In this document: positions 49,436 to 58,130 of the stretch, in pieces
Layout: each line of letters begins with the position of its first letter
Position numbering within the stretch: position 1 is the stretch's first letter
From: an uncultured Gemmatimonadales bacterium
GTDB lineage: Bacteria; Gemmatimonadota; Gemmatimonadetes; Gemmatimonadales; Gemmatimonadaceae
Assembly (NCBI GenBank): GCA_963701965.1
Contig: OY969695.1
Coordinates: 3,872,001-3,936,000 of the forward strand
Direction: 5' to 3'
DNA: 64,000 nucleotides
The notes under the pieces: generated by a model
The model's database searches: none
Seen by the model: only the letters and a program-made list of their open reading frames with translations
What the model was told of the DNA's origin: nothing
Position numbers and translations under genes: made by a program

Positions 49436-50995
49436 ATGAGCCGCCGGCTCCAGATTGGGCCGGTGCCCGCCGCGCCCTCTCCCTACAAGCCCGTTCCCGG
49501 GCCGGCGGACCGTGTCACGTTCTTTACCATGCAGCGCCGCCACCGGCGGGCGAGCTGGCGCTTCTCGGCGCTGGCCATTGCCGCGGTAGTTCTGACGGGC
49601 CTGCCGCTCAGCATCATCATCACGCCGCTCCTCTACGCCATCGTGTTGTTGGTGAGCGCGGGGGCGAACGCGATCCACCCGGGCGCGATCCCTCCCCGAT
49701 TTTGGGATGTGGCGCAGACGCTGCCGGCGATCGTGCCCCACACGATGGCGCTCCTGGGCGGCAAGTCCCAGCAGGTGCCGCTCCGCGAGATGTTCGTGGT
49801 TGGCGGCCTGCTGGTCGCGCCGGGCGCGCTTCTGCTGCTGGCGTTCTGGACGATGATCCGGGTGGTGTTTCACCGGGCCGGGGTCGGGGGCGTCCTGCTC
49901 ACCCTCGGCGCGCGCGATCCCGATCTCAACGACTTCGAGGAGCGCCAGCTCATGAACCTCGTCGAGGAGATGGCGATCGCGGCCGGAGTGCCGCCGCCCC
50001 GCGTCATGCTGATCGACCGCGGCGCGGCCGACGGCGCCGCCAATGCCGCGGCGGTGGGCTGGTCGATCGACGATGCCACCGTCGTCGTCACCCGACCCTT
50101 GCTCGACTCCCTGGAGCGGGATGAGACGCAGGCGGTCATGGGCCGGCTCATCGGCGCCATCGGCAACGGCGATCTCAAGATCGCGCTGATTATCCTCTCG
50201 ATCTATCAGGCCGTTGGTGTGGTGAGCCTGCTGCTCAACGCCGTGTTCGGGTTCCGCGCCTGGCGCACGCTCTTGCGATTCTTCCGGCTCGCGCTCTGGC
50301 CCCACCAGGCGGCCGAGCAGGACGCGGTCATGTCGGCGCTGGCGCGCGCGGCCAGCGAGGATCGGGACGTCGAAGCGTTCACGGCCCGCCAGCATCGCGG
50401 CGGATGTCTGTCGGTGCTGGCGCTGCCGCTCGTGCCCATCGAGTTGTCCGCGATGTCGATCAACGTCATCGTCTCGATGTCGACGTCGCTCTTCGTCGGC
50501 CAACTGATCGGCGCCATGTGGAGGCGCCGGCAGCTGTTGGCCGATGCCACCGCCGTGCAGTTGACGCGCAACCCGGACGGCCTGGCGACCGCGCTGGAGC
50601 GACTCGGTCGCATGCCCGTTGCCGTGCCCAAAGCGGCGCCCGTGGCGCATCTCTTCGCCACGTGGTCGGGACCCGCCGATGACTCCGTGTCCCGCTACAT
50701 GTTGGTGAAAACCGATCAGCGCCTCGCCAAGCTGCGGCAGATGGGCGCGCGCATCAACCTGACGTCGCGGAAGACATCGCTGCTCGGTCGGGTGCTGGTC
50801 CTCCTGTTCGTCGCGCCGTTCGTCGTGCTCACGGCGGTCGCGATGGCGGCGGCGTTTGTCGTCATGATGGGTCTCGACCTGCTCTTCATGCTCGTGTTGC
50901 TCGCTGCGCTCGCCGCCCTCGCCCATGCCGCGGCCGTATACGGGCCCCGGCTCCCCGCGATGCTCCACGCGCTCGCGCGGCGGTTCGTGCGTTAG
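49436..50995 (+). CDS. HtpX/M48-family membrane protein with degenerate zinc site
   Basis: ERQLMNLVEEMAIAAG.PPP, NAAA.G, VVT..LL..L.RDE.QAV, NGD, LADA.AVQLTRNPDGLA.AL. Confidence 0.82.
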   Translation: MSRRLQIGPVPAAPSPYKPVPGPADRVTFFTMQRRHRRASWRFSALAIAAVVLTGLPLSIIITPLLYAIVLLVSAGANAIHPGAIPPRFWDVAQTLPAIVPHTMALLGGKSQQVPLREMFVVGGLLVAPGALLLLAFWTMIRVVFHRAGVGGVLLTLGARDPDLNDFEERQLMNLVEEMAIAAGVPPPRVMLIDRGAADGAANAAAVGWSIDDATVVVTRPLLDSLERDETQAVMGRLIGAIGNGDLKIALIILSIYQAVGVVSLLLNAVFGFRAWRTLLRFFRLALWPHQAAEQDAVMSALARAASEDRDVEAFTARQHRGGCLSVLALPLVPIELSAMSINVIVSMSTSLFVGQLIGAMWRRRQLLADATAVQLTRNPDGLATALERLGRMPVAVPKAAPVAHLFATWSGPADDSVSRYMLVKTDQRLAKLRQMGARINLTSRKTSLLGRVLVLLFVAPFVVLTAVAMAAAFVVMMGLDLLFMLVLLAALAALAHAAAVYGPRLPAMLHALARRFVR

Positions 50996-51399
50996 CCTTC
51001 GAGATCCGCGAGCAAGCGCTCTAGCTCAGCCCGGCTCGGGGCGTCGAGGCCGCGTTGTGCCGCGTCGATGACGGCGCGGAGCGCGGTCTGAACGGCGGGC
51101 AGATCGCCATTGCCGGTCGCGTCGGCGAGCCGGGCAAACGGCGCGCGCATGGCGGCCGGCAGCGTCAGAGCGGAGAGCCAATGGCGGGCCGCCGTAGCGC
51201 GCGCCAAACGCGCGGGAGCCGCGAGCGCGTTCGGGGGTAGGACACCACTGACCAATCGCGCCGTGGCGAACGCGGCCAACGCGACTTCGCGATCGCCGCC
51301 AATCTGCCCGCGGCCGGCGAGCGCGGCCAACGCCGGAAACCGAAACGGCGTCTCGTGCAAGGCATACGGCGGGCGTGGGTGGTGGGAGTGCGCGAACAC
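50992..51399 (-). CDS. Hypothetical protein
   Basis: Protein-like tail of the long minus ORF (PYAL..TPFRFPALAALAGR..IGG.REVAL), with a TACATT box 6 nt before GTG 51399. Confidence 0.68.
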   Translation of the reverse strand: MFAHSHHPRPPYALHETPFRFPALAALAGRGQIGGDREVALAAFATARLVSGVLPPNALAAPARLARATAARHWLSALTLPAAMRAPFARLADATGNGDLPAVQTALRAVIDAAQRGLDAPSRAELERLLADLEG

Positions 51400-51438
51400 A
51401 TGACGAATGTAGAACGAACGGGTACATTGCGCAGTACG

Positions 51439-53007
51439 ATGGCACCGAGTCCGAAAGCCGTGCTGTGGGTCGACGACGAGGCGGAACTGCTGGAGTCGCA
51501 CCGCATCTTCTTGCGGGAGAGCGGTTACGACGTCGAGGTCGCAAGCAACGCCGACGACGCGGTGGAGCTGTTGCGCCGGCGCGCATTCGACATCGTGCTG
51601 CTGGACGAACAGATGCCGGGGAAACGCGGGCTCGACGCCTATCGCGAGTTCCGGGCGATCAACCCCACGCTGCCCGTGGTGATGGTCACGAAGAGCGAGG
51701 AGGACGCCACGCTCAACGAGGCCATCGGGGCCAACGTCCGCGACTATCTGATCAAGCCGATCAACCCGCGGCAAGTGCTCAGCGTCGTGCGCCGCGTGCT
51801 GGAAGGCCCACGCATCCGCCAGCAGGCCCTGGCCCGGCGGTTCGTCGAACGGTTCCGGGCGATCGAGCTGGAGCGGGCGCGCCCCCTCGACTGGCGCGGC
51901 TGGGTGACCCGGTACGCGGAGCTCATGTCGTGGGACGTCGAGTTGGCGGGCGCCGGCGAGACTGGATTGTATGAGTCTTTGCGCGGTCTCTATGCCGACA
52001 TGCACCGCGAGTTCGCGGCGTTCATGCTGCAGGAGTATCCCGCCTGGTTGCGCAATCTGGAGGGCGACCGGCCGCCGCTCTCCGTCGACGTCATCTCCGA
52101 ATTCCTGTCGCCCATCCTGGCGCGCGACCGCGCCGCGGTGTTCGTCGTCATCGACTGCCTGCGGCTCGACCAGTGGATGGTGCTCGAACCATTGCTGGCG
52201 CCGCTGTTCGACGTCGAGGTCACGCACCACTTCGCGGTGTTGCCCACCGCAACGCCCTACTCGCGCAACTCGCTCTTCAGCGGGCTCTTCCCCGGTGAGA
52301 TCGCCGCCCGATTCCCGGATTGGTGGGGCCCGGGCGATCGCGAGGACGAGTCGCTCAACGCGCACGAGCGCGATTTGCTGGAAGCGCACCTCAAAGAGCT
52401 GGGAAAGAACGTCGCGGTGCGCTATCAGAAGATCTCGACGGCGGCCGACTCCGACGAGCTGGATCGGCGCGTCAACTCGGCGATCGCTCCCGAAGGCGTC
52501 AGCGCCTTCGTCTTCAATTTCGTCGATCTGCTGACGCACGGTCGCAGCGAATCGGCGATTCTCTACGAGGTCGCGCGCGACGAGATCGCCCTGCGGCAGC
52601 TCACCCGCCAGTGGTTCCAACGCTCGGCGCTGTTTTCGGTCTTGCGGGAAGCGGCGCGTCGCAAAGTCTCGGTGCTGCTCACCAGCGATCATGGGTCGAT
52701 CCACTGCCAGACGCCGGCGACCGTGTACGCGAAGCGCGACGCCACCGCGAATCTGCGCTACAAGTTCGGCGAGGACGTCCGGGCCGAGCATCCGGAAGAT
52801 GCCCTGCTGTTTCCCAACGCTGATGCGCTGCGGCTCCCGCGACGCGGCTTGGGCGCGAACACGCTCCTGGCGGCCGGCGACACGTTCTTCGTCTATCCGA
52901 CGAAGCTCCGCGAGTATCAGAGCCGCTATCGCGGGTCGTTCCTGCACGGCGGAGTCACGCCAGAAGAGGTGATTCTCCCCGTGGCGCTGCTCACACCGCG
53001 GCGGTGA
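51439..53007 (+). CDS. PorX-like response regulator: receiver + PglZ/alkaline-phosphatase-superfamily domain
   Basis: LWVDDE, LLDEQMPG, MVTKSEE, YLIKP.NP.Q, then VIDCLRLDQW, LPTATPYSRN, NFVD.L.H, TSDHG, HGGV..EE. Confidence 0.9.
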   Translation: MAPSPKAVLWVDDEAELLESHRIFLRESGYDVEVASNADDAVELLRRRAFDIVLLDEQMPGKRGLDAYREFRAINPTLPVVMVTKSEEDATLNEAIGANVRDYLIKPINPRQVLSVVRRVLEGPRIRQQALARRFVERFRAIELERARPLDWRGWVTRYAELMSWDVELAGAGETGLYESLRGLYADMHREFAAFMLQEYPAWLRNLEGDRPPLSVDVISEFLSPILARDRAAVFVVIDCLRLDQWMVLEPLLAPLFDVEVTHHFAVLPTATPYSRNSLFSGLFPGEIAARFPDWWGPGDREDESLNAHERDLLEAHLKELGKNVAVRYQKISTAADSDELDRRVNSAIAPEGVSAFVFNFVDLLTHGRSESAILYEVARDEIALRQLTRQWFQRSALFSVLREAARRKVSVLLTSDHGSIHCQTPATVYAKRDATANLRYKFGEDVRAEHPEDALLFPNADALRLPRRGLGANTLLAAGDTFFVYPTKLREYQSRYRGSFLHGGVTPEEVILPVALLTPRR

Positions 53008-54869
53008 GTAAGGGCGAAAGCTCCGCCCGGGCGTCGATCTATCGGCGGCTGCTGGGCTTTCTCCGGCCGCACGCCTGGCGGATGGCGGGCGCGGTGGGCT
53101 GCAGCATGGCCGCCGCCGTGCTCGACGCCTACGCGTTCGCGCTGCTGATCCCGTTCCTCAACGCGCTGTTCGGTCTCAAGACGCTGCTGCCGACGAACAA
53201 CGGGTGGCTGTCCCACCTGTTGGCCGTCACCATCGGGTCGTTGCTGAATCCAGCGGACAAGATGGGGTCGCTGGAGATCGTCATCGGCGTCATCGTGGTG
53301 ACGGTCACGATCAAGAACATCTTTGCCTGGCGGGGTGGGACGTTCGGCGCCCAGCTGCAGGAGTACGTGACGCGCGACATGCGGAACGCGGTCTACGCGC
53401 ACCTGCAACGGCTGCCCTTGGGTTATTTCACCCGCACGCGCGCCGGGCAGATCCTCTCCAAGGTCCTGACCGACACCGACCAGACCAAGGTGCTGATCAC
53501 CCAGGTGGTCACCCAAGGGTTGCAGAACGTCTCGCTCCTGGTCGCTTATATCGCGTTTCTCTTCGCTATCTCGGCGCACCTGACGCTCCTGGCCCTCGTC
53601 GTGGCGCCCGCGATCATCGGTGCGCTCCAGCCGTTGCTGCGCAAGCTGCGCAAGGGGCACCGCCGTCTGCGGAATGACTATGGCGAGATGATGAGCGTGG
53701 TTCAGGAATCGGTGAGCGGCATGCGGCTCGTGAAGTCGTTCGGTGCCGAGCCGTACGAGGAACGGCGGTTCGTCGACGCCAGCGGACGGTACTCGCGCGC
53801 GATGATGCGGCTCACCAATAGCGCGCTCCTGTCGCAGCCAATCACGGAGACGATGGGTACGATCGTCGCCGTCGGCCTGCTCTGGATCGGCGCCCGCCAG
53901 GTGCTGGTCGCGTCGACGCTCCAGGGTTCGCAGCTCATCGTCTTTCTCTCCGTCGTGATGCGCTTGCTGCAACCGCTCAAGCAGCTCACCCAACTTTGGA
54001 CCACGGCCGAAGTGTCCTTCGCCGCCGCCGATCGGGTGTTCGGCATCCTCGACGATACGACCGAGACGCAGCTCGATCGCGGCACGCGCCGGGTCGACGG
54101 CCTGCGGGACGCGGTCGTGTTCGACCACGTGTCGTTCTCGTATGATGCCGAGCCGGTGCTCGCCGATGTCGAGTTCACGGCGCGGCGGGGCGACGTGGTC
54201 GCCCTCGTCGGCCCGAGCGGCGCCGGCAAGAGCACGCTGGTCGACCTCATCCCCCGGTTCTATGAGCCGACCGCCGGGCGCATCCTGTTCGACGGCGTCG
54301 ACGCGGGCGACATTGCGCTGCCATCGCTGCGCGCGCTCACCGGTATCGTCAGTCAGGACACCGTGCTGTTCAACGATACGGTGCGCAACAACATTGCGTA
54401 TGGCGCCGAAGGCCGGTACAGCGAGGAGCAGATCGTCGCCGCGGCGCGGGCGGCCAACGCCCACGGCTTCATATTGGAATTGGAAGACGGGTACCAGACG
54501 TTGCTCGGCGAGCGGGGCACCCGCCTCTCCGGCGGCCAGCGCCAACGCATCGCGATCGCCCGCGCGCTCTTGGTCGATCCGCCGATCCTGATCCTGGACG
54601 AGGCCACATTGGCGCTGGACACCGAGTCCGAGCGGCTCGTGCAGGAAGCGATCGACCGGTTGTTGGCGGGGCGCACCGTGTTCGTCATCGCGCACCGGCT
54701 CTCGACCGTGCGGCACGCCGATCTCATCCTCGTGCTGGAGCGGGGGCGGGTGGTGGAGCGTGGAACGCACGATGCGCTGCTGGCCGAGCGCGGCGCGTAC
54801 TACCGGCTCCATGCGGCGCAGGAGCGGGATCCGGTGCGCGAGTCGGTCGAGGCGGCGGCCGCGCTCTAG
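53004..54869 (+). CDS. MsbA-like ABC exporter (TMD-NBD fusion)
   Basis: GPSGAGKST, LSGGQRQR, ILDEAT.ALD, IAHRLST; located near lpxL and GT4 genes. Confidence 0.92.
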   Translation: MSKGESSARASIYRRLLGFLRPHAWRMAGAVGCSMAAAVLDAYAFALLIPFLNALFGLKTLLPTNNGWLSHLLAVTIGSLLNPADKMGSLEIVIGVIVVTVTIKNIFAWRGGTFGAQLQEYVTRDMRNAVYAHLQRLPLGYFTRTRAGQILSKVLTDTDQTKVLITQVVTQGLQNVSLLVAYIAFLFAISAHLTLLALVVAPAIIGALQPLLRKLRKGHRRLRNDYGEMMSVVQESVSGMRLVKSFGAEPYEERRFVDASGRYSRAMMRLTNSALLSQPITETMGTIVAVGLLWIGARQVLVASTLQGSQLIVFLSVVMRLLQPLKQLTQLWTTAEVSFAAADRVFGILDDTTETQLDRGTRRVDGLRDAVVFDHVSFSYDAEPVLADVEFTARRGDVVALVGPSGAGKSTLVDLIPRFYEPTAGRILFDGVDAGDIALPSLRALTGIVSQDTVLFNDTVRNNIAYGAEGRYSEEQIVAAARAANAHGFILELEDGYQTLLGERGTRLSGGQRQRIAIARALLVDPPILILDEATLALDTESERLVQEAIDRLLAGRTVFVIAHRLSTVRHADLILVLERGRVVERGTHDALLAERGAYYRLHAAQERDPVRESVEAAAAL

Positions 54870-54889
54870 AGCTCCGCGCAGCGGAGCTC
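54869..54889. repeat. Perfect 9-bp inverted repeat GAGCTCCGC-GCA-GCGGAGCTC at the msbA-like stop
   Basis: Read directly; no U-tract follows immediately. Confidence 0.6.
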
Positions 54890-54905
54890 AGTCCAACCGA
54901 TCGTG

Positions 54906-54950
54906 AAAAAAACTGGCAGGTGCGTTTTTCAGCACCCTGCTAGCTTTTTT
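54906..54950. terminator. Imperfect hairpin flanked by A7 and T6 tracts (intrinsic-terminator-like)
   Basis: AAAAAAACTGGCAGGTGC-gtttttca-GCACCCTGCTAGCTTTTTT. Confidence 0.45.
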
Positions 54951-54952
54951 AC

Positions 54953-56044
54953 GTGCGCGTACTCTTTTACCACTCCTCGTCCACCTGGACCGGCAGCGCG
55001 CGCGTCTTCGCGGCCGCGGCCCGGGGTCTGGCGGAGCGTGGCTATCAGATCACCTACGTCTGTCCGCCGGGCGGCGCCGTCGAGGCCCGCGTGGCCGCCG
55101 AAGGCTGCGATGTGATCGCGTTCGAGCCGGGTGGGGGCGCGGCGCTGGAGAGCTGGCGCCTCCATCACGTGTTCTTGGAGCGATTCGTCGAAACGGTCTT
55201 CGTGCACAGCGCCCATGAGCACGTCGTCGTGGCCGGTGCCGCGCGACTCGCGGGCCGCGGCGGCATTGTGCGCCGGACGCCGACGGGCGGGCATCTCGAT
55301 GACGAACGCGCCGCCCGTATCGCCATGCGGCTCGCCTCGACGGGTCTCCTCTTCACGACGGCGGCCGAGGCGCAGGCCGCCCCGGTGCTGCCGCGGGCCC
55401 GGGCGATCACCGTCGCCGAGCTGGGCGTGGATCCCGAGCGCTACGACGAGTTGCGGGCGGCGACGATCCGTTTTCCCGCTGGCGGCGTGCCCGGCCGCTC
55501 CATCGTCTGCGTGTACGACCCGGGCGGCAAGGCGCGGGCGGCGACCGTGCTCCGCACGATGGGCATGCTCGTGCCCCGCCATCCCGAGCTGCACCTGGTG
55601 CTGTTCGGCCCGGGAGCGGACCACGAGGATCTGCGCATGCACGCGGCGGCCTTGGGGATCTCGCACGCGGTCACCCACCTCGTCGCACGCGACGATGATC
55701 TCGCGGTCCTCCGCGGGGCGGACCTGGGTTGGGTCGTGGCCAGCGAGGACACCGCGGCGTTCGCCGTGCTCGATTTCATGGCTATGCGCATCCCGGTCCT
55801 CGTCGACAAGGGGACGGTCGCCAGCCGCTACGTAGCGGACGGGATCAGCGGCGTCGTGTTGCCGCCCGGCGACACGCCGTCGACGGCGGCCACGGTCGCC
55901 GAGCTGTTGACGCAGGATGAGCAGCGCTCGGCCATGGGGAGCGCGGCGCGCACCCGCGTCGCCCGCGAGTATACGGAACGGGCCATGCTCGATGCGATGC
56001 AGAAGGCGGCCGACGAAGCCAGGGATCGGAGCCGATGGAAGTGA
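54953..56044 (+). CDS. Glycosyltransferase family 4-like protein (divergent)
   Basis: MRVLF N-terminus, GT-B C-terminal LDFMA.RIPV, DGISG..LPPGD, MGSAAR.RV. Confidence 0.8.
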   Translation: MRVLFYHSSSTWTGSARVFAAAARGLAERGYQITYVCPPGGAVEARVAAEGCDVIAFEPGGGAALESWRLHHVFLERFVETVFVHSAHEHVVVAGAARLAGRGGIVRRTPTGGHLDDERAARIAMRLASTGLLFTTAAEAQAAPVLPRARAITVAELGVDPERYDELRAATIRFPAGGVPGRSIVCVYDPGGKARAATVLRTMGMLVPRHPELHLVLFGPGADHEDLRMHAAALGISHAVTHLVARDDDLAVLRGADLGWVVASEDTAAFAVLDFMAMRIPVLVDKGTVASRYVADGISGVVLPPGDTPSTAATVAELLTQDEQRSAMGSAARTRVAREYTERAMLDAMQKAADEARDRSRWK

Positions 56045-57219
56045 TGGCGGAGCGCCATTTGTTCGTCACGCAAGACTACGGGCCGGACCTGGGCGGCATC
56101 GCGCGAATGCACGTGGCGCTGTGCCGGCGCCTGGCCGCCGAGGGCGTGCGCGTGTCCACGGTCGCCCACCGCGACGCCGCGGCGTTCGACGCCGGCGAGG
56201 GGTATCCGATCGAGCGGCTGCCGTTTCCATTGGTCGACGCCAAGCGGGCCATGAATCAGTGGCAGTGGGCCGGGCGGCTCCTCCGGCACCGGCCGGCGAT
56301 CATCCACTGTGGCAACATCCGGCCCGCCGGATATCCGGTCTGGTACGCGCACCGCCGGGCGATCGTGCCGTACGTCGTGTACGTCTACGGGCTCGACTTG
56401 CTCAAGGAGCGGCGGAAGATCGCCGCCAACCCGTTCAAGCGATGGACGGCGCGGCGCATGCTCGGCGACGCGTCCGGCATCGTCGCCATCTCGGACTGGA
56501 CCGCCGAGCTGGCGCGTGCGGTGATGCGGCAGGCCGGGGTGCGGCACGCGCCTCCGGTGGCCGCTATCCCGCTCGGCACCGATCCCGATTTTTTCTCGCC
56601 GGGTCGCGACACCGGGATGCTGCGTCGGCGCTTCGCGCTCGGCGCCGCGCCCCTGTTGGTCACCGTCGCCCGGCTCAAGCCGCACAAGGGCCAAGACACC
56701 GCGATACGCGCGCTCGCGGCATTGCCAGCCGGGATTCGCTATCTCATCGTGGGAACGGGCGATGACGCGCAGCGTCTCGCCGCGATCGCCCGCGAAGCGG
56801 GCGTCGCCGATCGCGTCACCTTCGCCGGCGCTTTGTCCGACGATGACATTGCCGAGGCCTACGCGACGGCGACGGTCTACGTGGGACTCTCCCGGCAGGA
56901 AGGGGTCGAGGCCGAGGGCTTCGGGATCTCGTTCATCGAAGCCGCGGCCAGCGGCACGCCGAGCGTCGCGGGCGACTCGGCCGGCGTGCGTTCGGCGGTG
57001 CGCGATGGGGAGACCGGGATCCTCGTGGGGTCGATGGATGTCGCCGCCGCGGCCGCGGCCATCCGGTCTCTCATCGACGATGGGTCGCGGCGCGAGGCGA
57101 TGGGCCGCGCGGCGCGGCTGGCGGTGGAGACGTACTACAATTGGGACCGCGTCGGCCGCGAAGTCTCGGCGTTCGCCACGCGCGTGACGACGCTGGGCCG
57201 CGACGGCATCTGCGCGTGA
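56044..57219 (+). CDS. Glycosyltransferase family 4
   Basis: GGIA, TVARL..HKG.D, EGFGISFIEAAASG, DGETG. Confidence 0.92.
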   Translation: MAERHLFVTQDYGPDLGGIARMHVALCRRLAAEGVRVSTVAHRDAAAFDAGEGYPIERLPFPLVDAKRAMNQWQWAGRLLRHRPAIIHCGNIRPAGYPVWYAHRRAIVPYVVYVYGLDLLKERRKIAANPFKRWTARRMLGDASGIVAISDWTAELARAVMRQAGVRHAPPVAAIPLGTDPDFFSPGRDTGMLRRRFALGAAPLLVTVARLKPHKGQDTAIRALAALPAGIRYLIVGTGDDAQRLAAIAREAGVADRVTFAGALSDDDIAEAYATATVYVGLSRQEGVEAEGFGISFIEAAASGTPSVAGDSAGVRSAVRDGETGILVGSMDVAAAAAAIRSLIDDGSRREAMGRAARLAVETYYNWDRVGREVSAFATRVTTLGRDGICA

Positions 57220-58130
57220 CGACCCTCGCGCAGGCCGCCGAGTTCTACGCGTTGCGCGGCGCCGTGCGCGCGCTGGAGGCCCTCGACTGGGGGCGCGCCG
57301 GCGCGCTCGGCGCCGGTCTGGGCTCACTGGGCTACCGGCCGCTGGGCATCCGGAGGGCGGTCGTCGAACAGCAGATTACCGCGGCGTTCCCCGACATGGA
57401 TGCGGAGACGGTCCGCCGCACGGCGCGTGATGCCTATCGCCACTTGGGCCGCAACGTCGCCGAGATCGCGCTCACGCCGCGGCTCGGGCGCCAGGGACTC
57501 GTCGACCTCTTCGACCCGCCCGACAACTGGCCGTGGCTCGAAGAGGCCCTGGCCGCGGGCCGCGGCATCATCGCCGTCACCGGCCACGTCGGCAACTGGG
57601 AGCTGGGCGGCAGCTATACCGCCGCGCGCGGCATCCCGGTGGATGCGATCGCCCGCCGCCAGGCCAACCCACTGTTCGACCGGTACATCACCGAGACGCG
57701 CGGTCGCATTGGCATGGTCGTGGTCCACGACCACGAGGCGGTTCGGCGCACGACGCGCTCGCTGCGCGACGGCCGGTTGGTGGCGTTTGTCGCCGACCAG
57801 GGCCTCAAAGGCCTGGCGTCCGTGTTCGTGCCGTTCTTCGGACGCCCCGCCAAGACGCCGCGCGGGCCGGCGGTGTTCGCCAAACGCCTGGGCGCACCGG
57901 TGGTGTTCATGGCGGCGCTGCGCCAGCCGAACGGGCGCTTTCGGATGCACGTGGAGCCGATCGATGTCGCCGACACGGGCGACCGCGAAGCGGACGTCGA
58001 CACGACGGTGGCCCGCTATACCGCGGCGCTCGAGCGCGTCGTGCGACAGCATCCGGACCAGTACTTCTGGCACCATTGCCGGTGGCGCCGCCAACCGCCC
58101 GCCGCGCCATCGCCGGAGTCGCCGGGATGA
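57216..58130 (+). CDS. Lipid A lauroyl/myristoyl acyltransferase (LpxL/HtrB family)
   Basis: TGHVGNWE, NPLFD, VADQ, VPFFG, PDQYFW.H.RW. Confidence 0.9.
   Translation: MTTLAQAAEFYALRGAVRALEALDWGRAGALGAGLGSLGYRPLGIRRAVVEQQITAAFPDMDAETVRRTARDAYRHLGRNVAEIALTPRLGRQGLVDLFDPPDNWPWLEEALAAGRGIIAVTGHVGNWELGGSYTAARGIPVDAIARRQANPLFDRYITETRGRIGMVVVHDHEAVRRTTRSLRDGRLVAFVADQGLKGLASVFVPFFGRPAKTPRGPAVFAKRLGAPVVFMAALRQPNGRFRMHVEPIDVADTGDREADVDTTVARYTAALERVVRQHPDQYFWHHCRWRRQPPAAPSPESPG

Noticed and set aside
51439..53007. BREX phage-defence system suggested by the PglZ domain
   Set aside because: There is no brxC, pglX or brxL nearby, and the receiver fusion matches the PorX architecture.
33885..54615. Genetic-code reassignment (TTG read as Ser)
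   Set aside because: TTG encodes conserved Leu elsewhere (e.g. GTLQC in GT2). The anomalies also include Arg-to-Cys/Trp and Asp-to-Asn changes, so they follow DNA context and not the codon.
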